Source: a virus (lineage: Duplodnaviria; Caudoviricetes). From it: a stretch of 42,136 nucleotides of DNA. A program made the translations under genes and the position numbers. The stretch spans positions 1-42,136 of IMG/VR virus record IMGVR_UViG_3300025648_000817. One strand, written 5' to 3'. How positions within the stretch are numbered: position 1 is the first letter of the stretch; every line of letters begins with the position of its first letter. The notes under the pieces are model-generated. The model searched no databases. It was not told the DNA's origin and saw nothing but the letters and a program-made list of their open reading frames with translations. Below are positions 26,988 to 36,881 of the stretch, piece by piece.

Positions 26988-27171
26988 TTTAACTTGTGCT
27001 GATTGTGAATATGGGCACTGTAATTCCAAATGTAATGATTGTAAATATAATTGTGATAAAAAAGTTTGCATTAAAAATAATAAAAATCAAACAATGGTAT
27101 CAGGTAAATGTTTTCATACTTGCGATACAAAATCATTTAAATGTGATAAATTTAAACAAACGGAATACTAA
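26980..27171 (+). CDS. Small Cys-rich (metal-binding) protein
   Basis: 63 aa with 10 Cys including CxxC pairs. Confidence 0.55.
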   Translation: MSDLTCADCEYGHCNSKCNDCKYNCDKKVCIKNNKNQTMVSGKCFHTCDTKSFKCDKFKQTEY

Positions 27172-27175
27172 CTCT

Positions 27176-27204
27176 AAAGACTCTCACTTGAGAGTCTTTT
27201 TTTT
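27176..27204 (+). terminator. Rho-independent terminator ending the early array
   Basis: AAAGACTCTC-actt-GAGAGTCTTT plus T-run. Confidence 0.85.
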
Positions 27205-27525
27205 ATTCGATAGTTTTATACCTAAAATATATTTAACTTATGCTCTTGGTCACATGAGTGGTCTTAGAATTGATTTACTGATAACTTTCTTTTGTACACA
27301 ATTTAAAAGATTTAAACTTAAATAACTTTTATTAATATTTTTTATTTTAATAATTATTTTTGGATTCATTTTTTCACACTTTCATTATGTTAAATAAACG
27401 CTCTGGGTATTTATATTTTAAAAATATTATCTCTGACTTGGCTTCAAGATCTGTTTCAAGATTTACTATTTTATATTTATGCCAGTCGGGCAAGCCTCTG
27501 ACTTTATATTCTATTTTATATTTCA

Positions 27526-28428
27526 TTATTCAGCCCCTGTATTCAAAAATTCTGTCTTAGTTCCCGAATAATTGACTTTGTAAATACTATAATTGTTTGA
27601 ATAAGTACCTGTTTTAGTATCAAAAAAAAGTTTAGCAGCCTTATTATCAATGCCGCCCATTCTTAATTTACGAATACAGCACCAAGTAGATCGCTTGGAA
27701 TAATCTTTTAACTCCATATTGCCCTCATCATCTGGTGCAAGCATTATAACGCAAGTAGCTTCTTTTACTTTAGTTCCTGAACCGATAAATTCATCCATGG
27801 ATGGAATAACTGGCTGTTCTTTAGATTGATACCCTTTTCTTAGATGTGATATAGCTATTACAGCGACTTTAAATGAGTCTTGAACATCCCTAATTGTTCT
27901 CATTAATTCGCTTATATGGTCATTATCGGACTCTTTACTATATTTGCTTACATAATCCAGGTGATCTAATATTATTAATTTTGATTCATTATTTTCTACT
28001 TCTTTTATTATATCATTTTTTAATGATTCAATATCATAATTTCTACGCCTGTTTATGATATTAATCCCCTCAAAAGCTTTTTTAGCATGATTTTCAGCAG
28101 TAATTAATAATGAATTGTTTATATCAAAATTACCGCTTGCGAAATCTCTTAGATTTAATTTATAATCACTAGCTAATTGCATATATTTATAATATGCCTT
28201 CTCTAAAAAGCAATCCCCTTCAAAGTTTTCAAGAGAGAACAAAGAAATTTTAGTTCCTATATCTCTATTTGATAAAGCTATTTGATTGGCAATACTGGTT
28301 TTACCTGCACCGCTTCTAGCACCTATAAGGATTAAATCGCCTTGTAATATGCCTCTGAGCTTATCATCAAGATACGATACTCCGAAATTGCCTATTCTCT
28401 TGTTATTGTCCATGTATTTTCTTAACAT
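27526..28428 (-). CDS. DnaB-like replicative helicase (C-terminal ATPase domain only)
   Basis: LILIGARSGAGKT, LFSLE, LIILDHL, AVIAISHLRK. Confidence 0.9.
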   Translation of the reverse strand: MLRKYMDNNKRIGNFGVSYLDDKLRGILQGDLILIGARSGAGKTSIANQIALSNRDIGTKISLFSLENFEGDCFLEKAYYKYMQLASDYKLNLRDFASGNFDINNSLLITAENHAKKAFEGINIINRRRNYDIESLKNDIIKEVENNESKLIILDHLDYVSKYSKESDNDHISELMRTIRDVQDSFKVAVIAISHLRKGYQSKEQPVIPSMDEFIGSGTKVKEATCVIMLAPDDEGNMELKDYSKRSTWCCIRKLRMGGIDNKAAKLFFDTKTGTYSNNYSIYKVNYSGTKTEFLNTGAE

Positions 28429-29196
28429 TTAATAAACTCCTTTCGATTTCAATAAATTATCTATCTCTGGCTGTTCTAAAGGCTCTGATATTCTTTGATT
28501 TAATCCGTTAATAATAAAATTAATTTCATTTGATTGCAAACCAACATCTTTCATCCACAAAGTATATCTAGCTAAAGTATGATTACGATTCCCATTGTTC
28601 AATTGATTAATTTTAAATATTCTATCCCAGTTATCAGGATTCAAAAATTCTGTTTTTTCACCATCAAATTTAATGGGTTTAAGCTTTGGTTTTGGTATTT
28701 GATAACAACATAACATTTTTTCTTCTGTATAAGCCTTGTCGTTACTTTCAATTATTTTGATAAAAAAAGGATTATCTTTATCTTTCATGTGCTTAGATGT
28801 TGGGAATCTTAAAAGCCTAGTAACGTCTGTACAAGCCTTATCAGCATTTAGTTTTTTTATTAATCCTCTCTCTATTTCTTTGTAATTTTCAAAAGTGGCA
28901 TTAATTGCCCGCCAGTAGCAATGGTAACCTTTTTTAGTTTCAACAATGATAGATGGTTTTAAAGCTAATGATTTAATATTTAATAACATTGATTCTTTGC
29001 TACCTTCATCAATATCAGCAAGCCAGAAGTTTATTTTTTTAAGATTCTCAGCTTTTCTATTTCCTTCAAAATCGTTGACACAAGTAAAAATACCATAGCC
29101 TTGATTATTATATTCTATTATTTGCTGATAGGTTATTTCAAAAGCACCTTTTTTTTTCAATTCATTATCATAGTCATGTAGTGCAAATATTTTCAT
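28429..29196 (-). CDS. RepB-type primase (AEP-like) with C-terminal PriCT-like domain
   Basis: WLADID, PSIIVETKKGYHCYW, D..RLLRFP, GNRNHTL...EPLEQPEI. Confidence 0.8.
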   Translation of the reverse strand: MKIFALHDYDNELKKKGAFEITYQQIIEYNNQGYGIFTCVNDFEGNRKAENLKKINFWLADIDEGSKESMLLNIKSLALKPSIIVETKKGYHCYWRAINATFENYKEIERGLIKKLNADKACTDVTRLLRFPTSKHMKDKDNPFFIKIIESNDKAYTEEKMLCCYQIPKPKLKPIKFDGEKTEFLNPDNWDRIFKINQLNNGNRNHTLARYTLWMKDVGLQSNEINFIINGLNQRISEPLEQPEIDNLLKSKGVY

Positions 29197-29915
29197 CGCA
29201 TCAAATCCTCCAACTCTTGGTTTATATCAAGTTTGTTTGACATCTTAACATAAGTCTTATCTTTTTGTTCCCACGTTCTTATACAAGCCTTCCAGTCTTT
29301 AATTTTATTATTACCACGCATCCAGTTTGTTGATTCATAGTAATTATAAAAAGCCAATGGATTAATATTATTGTTTCTCTCTTTACAATAATTAATTATT
29401 TCTTCAACCACTGGTTTAGTAAATCTTTTCTTCTCTATATCTTTATCTAATTCTTTATCTATATCTAGAACGTCTTGTAAGTCGTTTTCAGACGTCTTAA
29501 AAACGACTGAATTTTTACAACATAATAATTTTTGTTTTTCATAATATGATCTATTTCTTAATTGTTTCAATAATTTTGATTGTTCCATGCCTTCAACATT
29601 CTGATGTTTTTCCCAGTTAGTTATTAAAATTGTTTCGGCATCGGTAATGGTTATTAATTTAAACTTAGATAAAACGCTAATTGCTAAGTTTATTGCTTGT
29701 TCATCCCTGTCCATAATAGAAGCCAGCATATTATTATTATATGGAATATCTATATCCATATAAATTTCTCCTCTATTGTTTATTTTACCAGCGATAGTTA
29801 AAAGTTCAAACCAGACTACAATAATCATATCACCACTAGGTAATTTTTTAATAATTTTAATTTTCTGGTCATCAAAGACATCTGTTGTCATTTTAATCCA
29901 TTTAATTTCATTCAT
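29193..29915 (-). CDS. Phage replisome organiser / replication initiator
   Basis: IKWIKMTTDVFDDQKIKII..LP.GD...W..LL..AGK, ITNWEKHQN, RFTKP..EEI..YC..FYNYYES.NW..KDWKACIRTWE. Confidence 0.9.
   Translation of the reverse strand: MNEIKWIKMTTDVFDDQKIKIIKKLPSGDMIIVVWFELLTIAGKINNRGEIYMDIDIPYNNNMLASIMDRDEQAINLAISVLSKFKLITITDAETILITNWEKHQNVEGMEQSKLLKQLRNRSYYEKQKLLCCKNSVVFKTSENDLQDVLDIDKELDKDIEKKRFTKPVVEEIINYCKERNNNINPLAFYNYYESTNWMRGNNKIKDWKACIRTWEQKDKTYVKMSNKLDINQELEDLMR
29467..29513. other. Probable replication origin: four 11-bp iterons inside the initiator gene
   Basis: AGAACGTCTTG/TAAGTCGTTTT/CAGACGTCTTA/AAAACGACTGA in the linker region, as in lambdoid O-type genes. Confidence 0.6.
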
Positions 29916-30058
29916 TTATTTTCCTTCCATATTAACTATTATAAATAGTATAACATTTATAATAAAATATTCAACTTTGTTAATTATTGTAAATATTAGG
30001 GTTTAATTTTATTACAAGATATGCTATATTAATAAGGTCAGATAAAAAGGAGAAAATC

Positions 30059-30499
30059 ATGAATGAAGATATGACTGAAGATATGAATATCAATCAATTA
30101 ACTGCATTTTATTTAAAATTAGGTACTATTGCAAGATATAATACTTTTATAAGGAGGGAGATAGTTGAATTACAAAATAAAATAATAATGCAAATAGGAA
30201 TATTATATATAAATAAGGAGGAGGAGGAATAATGGATGAATTAGAAATGTATGATCCATATTATGTGGATTGCCAGGGTGATGATATGAATAGTCAAGAA
30301 ATATGGATTAATGAAGAAGAAGAATATATAGATAACAAAAATAAGGAGATATATTATGAAAGCTTATGATTATTATTTAGACAAAATAACTGATGAATAC
30401 AATATGTATTGTATTCCTATTATGGATAAAGAAGGCAATATAATTAATTGCCCAGAATGTGAAAATAAATGTGAAGAATATGAAGAAGAAGGAGAATAA
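30059..30499 (+). other. Three small ORFs (approx. 30059-30232, 30232-30344, 30356-30499)
   Basis: Each has an AGGAG RBS; the second and third are acidic, the third has CPEC. Confidence 0.55.
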
Positions 30500-30501
30500 A
30501 A

Positions 30502-31818
30502 ATGGATAAAATAACAGGCTACAAAGGATTTAATAAAGATTTTACGTGTAATGGTTTTCAATTTGAAATAGGAAAAGATTATGAGCACAAGGGAAAAGTA
30601 GAGCCTTGCTCATCAGGATTCCATTTTTGCGAATATCCTTTAGATGTTTGGAATTATTACGGCGATATTGTCAACAATAAATATGCAAAAATTGAAGCCT
30701 CAAAAACAATAAAAAAAGAAGGTAATAAAAGCTGTACAAACAATATTTTAATTATTAAAGAATTAACTTTATCTGACTTAGTAAAAGAACAAATAGAATT
30801 AATGAAAAATTTTACAAATGATAAAAATACAGAAAATAATAGCGGTAATTATGCAAAAATAGCCAATAGTGGTGATTCTGCAAAAATGGCCAATAGCGGT
30901 TATTCTGGACAAATGGCTAATAGCGATAATTCTGGACAAATGGCCAATAGCGGTAATTATGCAAAAATGGCTAATAGCGGTAATTCTGGACAAATAGCCA
31001 ATAGCGGTAATTATGCAAAAATGGCTAATAGCGGTAATTATGGACAAATAGCTAATAGCGGTAATTATGGACAAATGGCTAATAGTAGTGATTATGCAAA
31101 AATGGCTAACAGTGGTAATTCTGGAAAAATGGCCAATAGCGGTAATTCTGGACAAATGGCCAATAGCGGTAATTCTGGACAAATGGCTAATAGCGGTTAT
31201 TATGAACAAATGGCCAATAGCGGTAATTCTGGACAAATGGCTAATAGCGGTTATTATGGAAAAATGGCTAACAGTGGTAATTATGCAAAAATAGCCAATA
31301 GCGGTAATTCTGGACAAATAGCCAATAGCGGTAATTATGCAAAAATGGCTAATAGCGGTAATTATGGACAAATAGCTAACAGTGGTGATTATGGACAAAT
31401 GGCTAATAGTAGTGATTATGGACAAATGGCTAATAGTGGTGATTCTGGACAAATGGCTAATAGCGGTAATTATGGACAAATGGCTAATAGCGATAATTCT
31501 GGACAAATGGCCAATAGCGGTAATTATGCAAAAATGGCCAATAGCGGTTATTGTGCAAAAATGGCCAATAGCGGTTATTGTGGAAAAATGGAATCTACAG
31601 GGGAAAATTCTATACTTGCTGGTATAGGTATTCAAAACAGAGTTAAGGCTATAAAAGACAACTGGATTGTTTTAATAGATTATCAATATTTAGACGATGA
31701 ATGGGAAATAAAAGAAGTTTATCGGGCAAAAGTCGGAAAACATAAAATTAAGGGCGTAAAAATTATGCCTGACATATGGTATTGGCTTAAAGACGGTATT
31801 CTTATGCAAGAAAAATAG
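30502..31818 (+). CDS. DUF7666-like protein with 28 nonapeptide repeats
   Basis: GYKGFNKDFTC.GFQFEIG...C.SGFHFCEYPLDV..YY N-domain; ANSG(N/Y/D)(S/Y)(G/A)(Q/K)(M/I) repeats; IMPDIWYWLKDG C-cap. Confidence 0.8.
   Translation: MDKITGYKGFNKDFTCNGFQFEIGKDYEHKGKVEPCSSGFHFCEYPLDVWNYYGDIVNNKYAKIEASKTIKKEGNKSCTNNILIIKELTLSDLVKEQIELMKNFTNDKNTENNSGNYAKIANSGDSAKMANSGYSGQMANSDNSGQMANSGNYAKMANSGNSGQIANSGNYAKMANSGNYGQIANSGNYGQMANSSDYAKMANSGNSGKMANSGNSGQMANSGNSGQMANSGYYEQMANSGNSGQMANSGYYGKMANSGNYAKIANSGNSGQIANSGNYAKMANSGNYGQIANSGDYGQMANSSDYGQMANSGDSGQMANSGNYGQMANSDNSGQMANSGNYAKMANSGYCAKMANSGYCGKMESTGENSILAGIGIQNRVKAIKDNWIVLIDYQYLDDEWEIKEVYRAKVGKHKIKGVKIMPDIWYWLKDGILMQEK
30835..31590 (+). repeat. 27-bp coding tandem repeat, 28 copies
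   Basis: GC(C/T)AATAGCGGTAATTCTGGACAAATG-type units. Confidence 0.95.
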
Positions 31819-31833
31819 AATGGATATAATAAG

Positions 31834-32154
31834 ATGATAAAAAACTCAATGAATGATGACATTAATGCATTTGGTGTTTATAATATAAATGGAAAGTTTT
31901 TAAAAGAAATAAAAAATACTAGTTGCTATAATCATCAAATAGTACAATTACATCATTTTATAAAAAAACAACATTATTCTAAGAACCCTCAGTGGTTCTT
32001 AGAGAGAAAAATAAAACAAAAGCTTATACTTCTACCAATAAGTTTACATTATGACCTCCATAGCGGAATGAGTGACCTTAGATTTAAAGAATTATATAAT
32101 ATAGGCAGATGGGATTTATTGTTTTCACGTAAAAATTATATAAAGGAGAATTAA
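31834..32154 (+). CDS. HNH-like / His-rich putative nuclease
   Basis: QLHHFI...LILLPISLHYDLHSG. Confidence 0.4.
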   Translation: MIKNSMNDDINAFGVYNINGKFLKEIKNTSCYNHQIVQLHHFIKKQHYSKNPQWFLERKIKQKLILLPISLHYDLHSGMSDLRFKELYNIGRWDLLFSRKNYIKEN

Positions 32155-32487
32155 ATGAATTATACAACACAAATAGAAGAATTATTGGAACAAAGGGCAG
32201 ATGCTTTAATAAAAAAGCATGAGCATAGAGAATCATTTTCTAGAACTACAGCACAATTAACTACATTAATGGCTAAATATATTGATAAAAGTTCTGCAAG
32301 TTTTGAAAATAAAATTCAGTTACTTTTAAAAATTAAAGATATTGAAAATGAAACCTTAGAACTTAATGAATCGTTTCAAATGGATGAAGTTTATTTCAAA
32401 AAATATAGAGATTTGGACCTATTTTATAAAGATAAAATTATCGAGCTTCAATCAAGACGAAAAAACGAATCAAATTACGGAATGTAA
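32155..32487 (+). CDS. Coiled-coil hypothetical protein
   Basis: 110 aa helical; RBS. Confidence 0.55.
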   Translation: MNYTTQIEELLEQRADALIKKHEHRESFSRTTAQLTTLMAKYIDKSSASFENKIQLLLKIKDIENETLELNESFQMDEVYFKKYRDLDLFYKDKIIELQSRRKNESNYGM

Positions 32488-32561
32488 CAAAATATTATAA
32501 AAATATTTAAAAACATTATTAATCAGTTATAATGAAATAGTAGATAAAAAAGGAGAATCAA

Positions 32562-33047
32562 ATGGTAAAAGCTACTTTAGTTAAATCAACACCTTATTCA
32601 GATAAATTCGGTTCTGGTATAGAATTTATATTTAATTCAGAAGAAATAGGAGAATATAAAACTAAAAAAAATCAAGAATATTTAACGAAAGAAAAAAATA
32701 TGTTCTTAGTTGATCTTGATTTAGGCTCTTTTGTAGAATTAGCTCAAAATCCACAAGGGGCTGGTTATTTTATTAATAAATCCAAAGAACAGCCAGTGAA
32801 ACAAATAATCGAGAAAAAAAAATCCATAGAATTTGAAATGAAAGACCCGCAAGGCGTTTTTTCAGAAGAAAAAGTTGATTTAAATATTAAATTTGATTAT
32901 GCAGAAAAAGCATTTAATAAAGCTTTTGATATCGTACGAAATAAATTAGAGATAAGTGGATTAATTGGAAAAACTCTAGATGATTCTCTTTTTAAGGGTG
33001 AAGATATTAGAACAATGATAAATACAGTTTATATGAGTTTAAAATAA
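32562..33047 (+). CDS. Hypothetical protein (possible ssDNA-binding/recombination)
   Basis: 161 aa with beta-rich N-terminus; TATAAT and AAGGAG upstream; function is a guess. Confidence 0.45.
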   Translation: MVKATLVKSTPYSDKFGSGIEFIFNSEEIGEYKTKKNQEYLTKEKNMFLVDLDLGSFVELAQNPQGAGYFINKSKEQPVKQIIEKKKSIEFEMKDPQGVFSEEKVDLNIKFDYAEKAFNKAFDIVRNKLEISGLIGKTLDDSLFKGEDIRTMINTVYMSLK

Positions 33048-33058
33048 AGGAGATTATT

Positions 33059-34171
33059 ATGTCAATTAAAGGTTATAAAATATTTGATTCTGATTGGAAA
33101 TGTAGAGATTTTCAATATAAAATGGGTGAAACTTATGAAATAAAAGAAAAACCTGTTTTGTGTGAAAAAGGATTTCATTTTTGTATTGATATATTAGACT
33201 GTTTTAAATATTATGATTGTGTTCGATGGAATCACATTGCTGAAGTAGAAGCTATAGGAGATTGTACGAAATCTAAAGATGGCTGTACTAAAATTGCAAC
33301 AAATAAAATAAAAATAATAAAAGAAATAGAATGGAATGAAATTAGTACTATAGCTAAGTCTTATGGTGTTAATTCGTCTGATGGTGTTAGCTATTCTGAG
33401 GGTGTTAGCTATTCTAATGGTGTTAATAAGTCTAATGGTGTTAGCTGTTCTAATGGTGTTAGCTATTCTGATGGTGTTAGCTATTCTGATGGTGTTAGCT
33501 GTTCTAATGGTGTTAGCTATTCTGATGGTGTTAGCTATTCTGAGGGTGTTAGCTATTCTAATGGTGTTAATAAGTCTAATGGTGTTAGCTGTTCTAATGG
33601 TGTTAGCTATTCTGATGGTGTTAGCTATTCTGAGGGTGTTAGCTATTCTAATGGTGCTAATAAGTCTTATGGTGTTAGCTATTCTAATGGTGTTAATAAG
33701 TCTTATGGTGTTAGCTATTCTAATGGTATTAGCTATTCTGAGGGTGTTAATAAGTCTAATGGTGTTAGCTATTCTGAGGGTGTTAATAAGTCTTATGGTG
33801 TTAGCTGTTCTGAGGGTGTTAATGAGTCTTATGGTATCTCAAATTGTTATGCAGTAGATAATGCATTATTTTTAGCAAATAAAAAAAGAGTATATACAAT
33901 TTTTGGAAAAGAAGTGGATGAAGAATATTTTAATAAAGTTGATAATAATTTTAAGAAAAATTTAAATAACTGGACACCTGTATTTAATAATTTAAAATCA
34001 CTTTATATAAAATATGGTTCTGAATGGAAATTAACGCCAGTTAATAGAGCCAATGAAATCAAAAAAGAAGATGCGTGGAAAGGCATGCCAATAGCAGCAA
34101 TTAATTATATTAGGTCTATTCCTGAATTTGATGCAGAAATGTTTTTTGAAATAACAGGTATAAAAATATGA
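33059..34171 (+). CDS. DUF7666-like protein with 27 hexapeptide repeats
   Basis: KGYKIFDSDWKCRDFQY..G..Y....LCEKGFHFC...DCFKYY N-domain; SxGV(SY/NK/SC) repeats; IRSIPEFDAEMFFEITGIK C-cap. Confidence 0.8.
   Translation: MSIKGYKIFDSDWKCRDFQYKMGETYEIKEKPVLCEKGFHFCIDILDCFKYYDCVRWNHIAEVEAIGDCTKSKDGCTKIATNKIKIIKEIEWNEISTIAKSYGVNSSDGVSYSEGVSYSNGVNKSNGVSCSNGVSYSDGVSYSDGVSCSNGVSYSDGVSYSEGVSYSNGVNKSNGVSCSNGVSYSDGVSYSEGVSYSNGANKSYGVSYSNGVNKSYGVSYSNGISYSEGVNKSNGVSYSEGVNKSYGVSCSEGVNESYGISNCYAVDNALFLANKKRVYTIFGKEVDEEYFNKVDNNFKKNLNNWTPVFNNLKSLYIKYGSEWKLTPVNRANEIKKEDAWKGMPIAAINYIRSIPEFDAEMFFEITGIKI
33359..33844 (+). repeat. 18-bp coding tandem repeat, 27 copies
   Basis: TCT(A/G/T)ATGGTGTTAGCTAT-type units. 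Confidence 0.95.
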
Positions 34172-34719
34172 TTAAATATTTTGTGGGAATAGATGGAGCA
34201 TCTACAGGTGCTATTGCTATTATAGACAATGAATTAAATATAATAGATGTAATGAAATATTCACAAGATGATTTAATGTTAATGTATCATTTTTTAAAAC
34301 CTTATGCTATACATGGAAGATGCGCAGTAGCCATAGAAAAACCTTTTAGAAATCCAATGATTGGCATGGAGAAAATATTTCAAATTGCTGGACAGTATGA
34401 AATGCTAATGACAATATTAAATATACCTTTTTCATGGGCTGAGCCAAGAATAAATATGAAAGAAGCTTGGCAAAAAGAATTTAATTTTAAATGTTTAATC
34501 GATAAAGAATATAACAAAGAATTAAGAAAGACTAAAAAGCTCAGAGAAGCCCTTAAAAATGAATCAATTGCAATCTGTAATTTATTATTTGATGATAAAG
34601 CTGATAAGTGGTTAAGAAAACCAGTGAAAAATAGTAAAATTGGTAAATTATGTAAAGCCGATGATAATATCTCTGATGCATTGTTATTAGCTGTTTACAA
34701 AGAAAGGATAAATAAATGA
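34168..34719 (+). CDS. RuvC-like Holliday junction resolvase
   Basis: FVGIDGASTGAIAII, VAIEKP, DNISDALLLA. Confidence 0.8.
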   Translation: MIKYFVGIDGASTGAIAIIDNELNIIDVMKYSQDDLMLMYHFLKPYAIHGRCAVAIEKPFRNPMIGMEKIFQIAGQYEMLMTILNIPFSWAEPRINMKEAWQKEFNFKCLIDKEYNKELRKTKKLREALKNESIAICNLLFDDKADKWLRKPVKNSKIGKLCKADDNISDALLLAVYKERINK

Positions 34720-34964
34720 TTAAAAAAACTGGATTATGTTTAACTTGTACAGATTTAACCAATAATGAAAAAATCACCATTCATAATATTATTCAAAAAA
34801 GTGAAGAATTGTTTGGAAATCAGATACAAATAACTAAAAGCAATAGCGGTAAAAATATATTTTATATTAGCTGTAATGATGAGAATATATTAAGAAGTGT
34901 GGCTTTAACTTTTGATATAATGAATGAAGAAATTAAATTTTTAGAGAAATGTTATGCTGGATAA
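34716..34964 (+). CDS. Hypothetical protein
   Basis: ATGA-coupled 82 aa ORF. Confidence 0.5.
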   Translation: MIKKTGLCLTCTDLTNNEKITIHNIIQKSEELFGNQIQITKSNSGKNIFYISCNDENILRSVALTFDIMNEEIKFLEKCYAG

Positions 34965-35086
34965 AACAGAAGAAGCCAAAGAAATAATGATAGTATGTAT
35001 TAAAGAATTAATACAAAGAAAATTAAAAAATAAGAATTTAAAAAAAATGTTGTTAAAAGAAAATAATTTTATAGAAAGTGAGAATT

Positions 35087-35317
35087 ATGAGCGAAAAGAT
35101 AACAATAATACATTCTGAGAAAAATCCATACGTTAAAAAGTTAGAAACTGAAAATACAGATTTAAAACAACAGCTTTCGGATGCGGTGAAAGTGATTGAA
35201 TTTTGCAATCCTGCTTAAAATGCTACAAGTAATTGCGATTGCCGTGATTGTCAAATAGCTAAAGACAAAGCTAAACAGTTTTTACAATCTCTAAAAGAAA
35301 AGGAGATAAACGAATGA
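35087..35317 (+). pseudogene. ORF interrupted by in-frame TAA at 35216
   Basis: MSEKIT...IEFCNPA*NATSNCDCRDCQIAKDKAKQFL...; the frame ends in an ATGA overlap with the next gene. Confidence 0.6.
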
Positions 35318-35676
35318 TAGGAAAATATAAAACCATAACAGCCGAGCGAGATAAGAAAATTAAAGACATTAAATGGCTTGAAGAGCATCTTGATAAATTT
35401 ATGGAATTATCGGGACATCCCAAGGGACCAAATGATACTGAATCAGTAGAAAAAGCTCTGGATTATTTTACGGAATATATAGATAAAGCAGATATACTCA
35501 CAACCGAGAGGGATAAATATAAAACAGCTTTAAATATAATTTCAGAGAATAGACTATATTGTAGTGATATTAAATGTTATCAATGCGATTTTAATTGTGC
35601 ATCGAGCCAGTGTTTAGAGGAACATCGACAACAAAAAATAAAAATAGCAAAACAAGCTTTGGGGGGGAATAATTGA
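35314..35676 (+). CDS. Hypothetical protein with Cys cluster
   Basis: AAGGAG RBS; C...CYQC..C...C. Confidence 0.55.
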   Translation: MIGKYKTITAERDKKIKDIKWLEEHLDKFMELSGHPKGPNDTESVEKALDYFTEYIDKADILTTERDKYKTALNIISENRLYCSDIKCYQCDFNCASSQCLEEHRQQKIKIAKQALGGNN

Positions 35677-35848
35677 GTTTAACGTATTCAATCAATCAAT
35701 ATGATTCAGACGGGGATTCTTTCGATGACTGTATTTTAATTCATAATAAGGGTGATAATTTTATTTTGAGATTTGAAAATATACTCGAATTACGGAAGTT
35801 TAAAAAACAATTAATTGTGTGTATAGAACAAATTGAAGAGGAAACTAA

Positions 35849-36187
35849 ATGACAAATAAATCAAATGGTGTATTAGGTATTAAATATGATGAAGGAAAAC
35901 CAAGATTATGTAATATGTTAAAAGGTTTTTATGATGGATTGATAGCATTATCAGAACTTTATAATTTTGGTGCTTTAAAGCATGGTTCTGAAAATTGGAG
36001 ATTAGTTGAAAGAAATCGTTATCTGGAAGCATTAACTAGGCATTTATTCTTATTAAACAATGGTGAGATTATAAACACAGAAGTTTATCAAGAAAAAGAA
36101 TATAAATTTCATCATTCAATACATATAGCTTGGAACTCATTGGCTTTATATTGGTTTGATACTATTAAAATGGAGAATGGAGAATGA
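35849..36187 (+). CDS. dATP/dGTP diphosphohydrolase domain protein (DUF5664-like)
   Basis: GIKYDEGKPR, FGALKHG.ENWR, RYLEALTRHL, HHSIHIAWNSLAL. Confidence 0.8.
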   Translation: MTNKSNGVLGIKYDEGKPRLCNMLKGFYDGLIALSELYNFGALKHGSENWRLVERNRYLEALTRHLFLLNNGEIINTEVYQEKEYKFHHSIHIAWNSLALYWFDTIKMENGE

Positions 36188-36477
36188 ATAATGATAAGTA
36201 TTATTTATTTTATTTTGGCAACAATATCTTTTATAGCTGCTACTTTTACTCATGGATTACACCAAACAGATTTTTATATTTTCTTTGCTCTTTATTTAAT
36301 ATTAAATCGTTTAGAACAATGAAATATAATTTATTATTAATATTAACTTATTTAACAGAGGTTGTTTACGCCATAGTCGGAATAATTCATGAGAATATAC
36401 TTGATTTTTTACAGAAATGTTTTATAATGAAAAATATAGAAGCCAAGAAAACAAATAGAGTAGATGTTTATTTATAA
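36184..36477 (+). CDS. Hypothetical membrane protein
   Basis: 97 aa, hydrophobic, ATGA-coupled. Confidence 0.4.
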   Translation: MNNDKYYLFYFGNNIFYSCYFYSWITPNRFLYFLCSLFNIKSFRTMKYNLLLILTYLTEVVYAIVGIIHENILDFLQKCFIMKNIEAKKTNRVDVYL

Positions 36478-36588
36478 GGAGAACAAATGTCAACAATTAT
36501 TTTCATTACAGCTCTTTTATTAGCCATGATTTTTGGAGAATATCTTATTTTGTTAGAGATAAGTAGATTAAAGAAATAGGAGAATGAC

Positions 36589-36843
36589 ATGGAAATATAT
36601 GCAAACAATGAAACATCTTTTTATGTAATTATTAGAAAAACTGACTCAAGATTATTTAAACACTATACCAAAGAAGACGCAGTAAAAGAAGCCAAGAGAT
36701 TAGCAAAGCATGAGCAAGATACTTTCTTTGTTTTAGAAACAGTTGAAGCTCACGTAAATGTACCCAGGACAATGAAAGTAGGGTTACAATCAATAAATTA
36801 TGAACCTGATGATGTCAAGTTAGACCCATTAAGACATTATTAA
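36589..36843 (+). CDS. Hypothetical protein
   Basis: KHYTKEDAVKEAKRLA....FFVLE common small phage motif; AGGAG RBS. Confidence 0.6.
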   Translation: MEIYANNETSFYVIIRKTDSRLFKHYTKEDAVKEAKRLAKHEQDTFFVLETVEAHVNVPRTMKVGLQSINYEPDDVKLDPLRHY

Positions 36844-36845
36844 AC

Positions 36846-36880
36846 AAAAAAACCTCTGTTAATTACAACAGAGGTTTTTT
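36846..36880. terminator. Bidirectional terminator between convergent arms
   Basis: A7-CCTCTGTT-aattac-AACAGAGG-T6. Confidence 0.9.
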
Positions 36881-36881
36881 A

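Noticed and set aside
26996-27560. ORFs 26996-27325 and 27360-27560
   Set aside because: The first overlaps a better ORF and crosses the terminator; the second is AT-rich with no RBS
30835-31590. CRISPR-like array
   Set aside because: Contiguous in-frame coding repeats without unique spacers; no cas genes
30799-31635. 278-aa antisense ORF and +1-frame ORFs (31067, 31382)
   Set aside because: By-products of a stop-free 27-bp repeat
33363-33857. Hydrophobic MVLAIL-repeat alternative-frame ORF
   Set aside because: Shadow frame of the 18-bp repeat; no RBS; confined to the array
35216-35218. Alternative genetic code
   Set aside because: Long genes are intact under the standard code and all three stop codons terminate genes
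35849-36187. Z-genome (2-aminoadenine) pathway
   Set aside because: Diphosphohydrolase-like gene present, but no PurZ or phage DNA polymerase recognised
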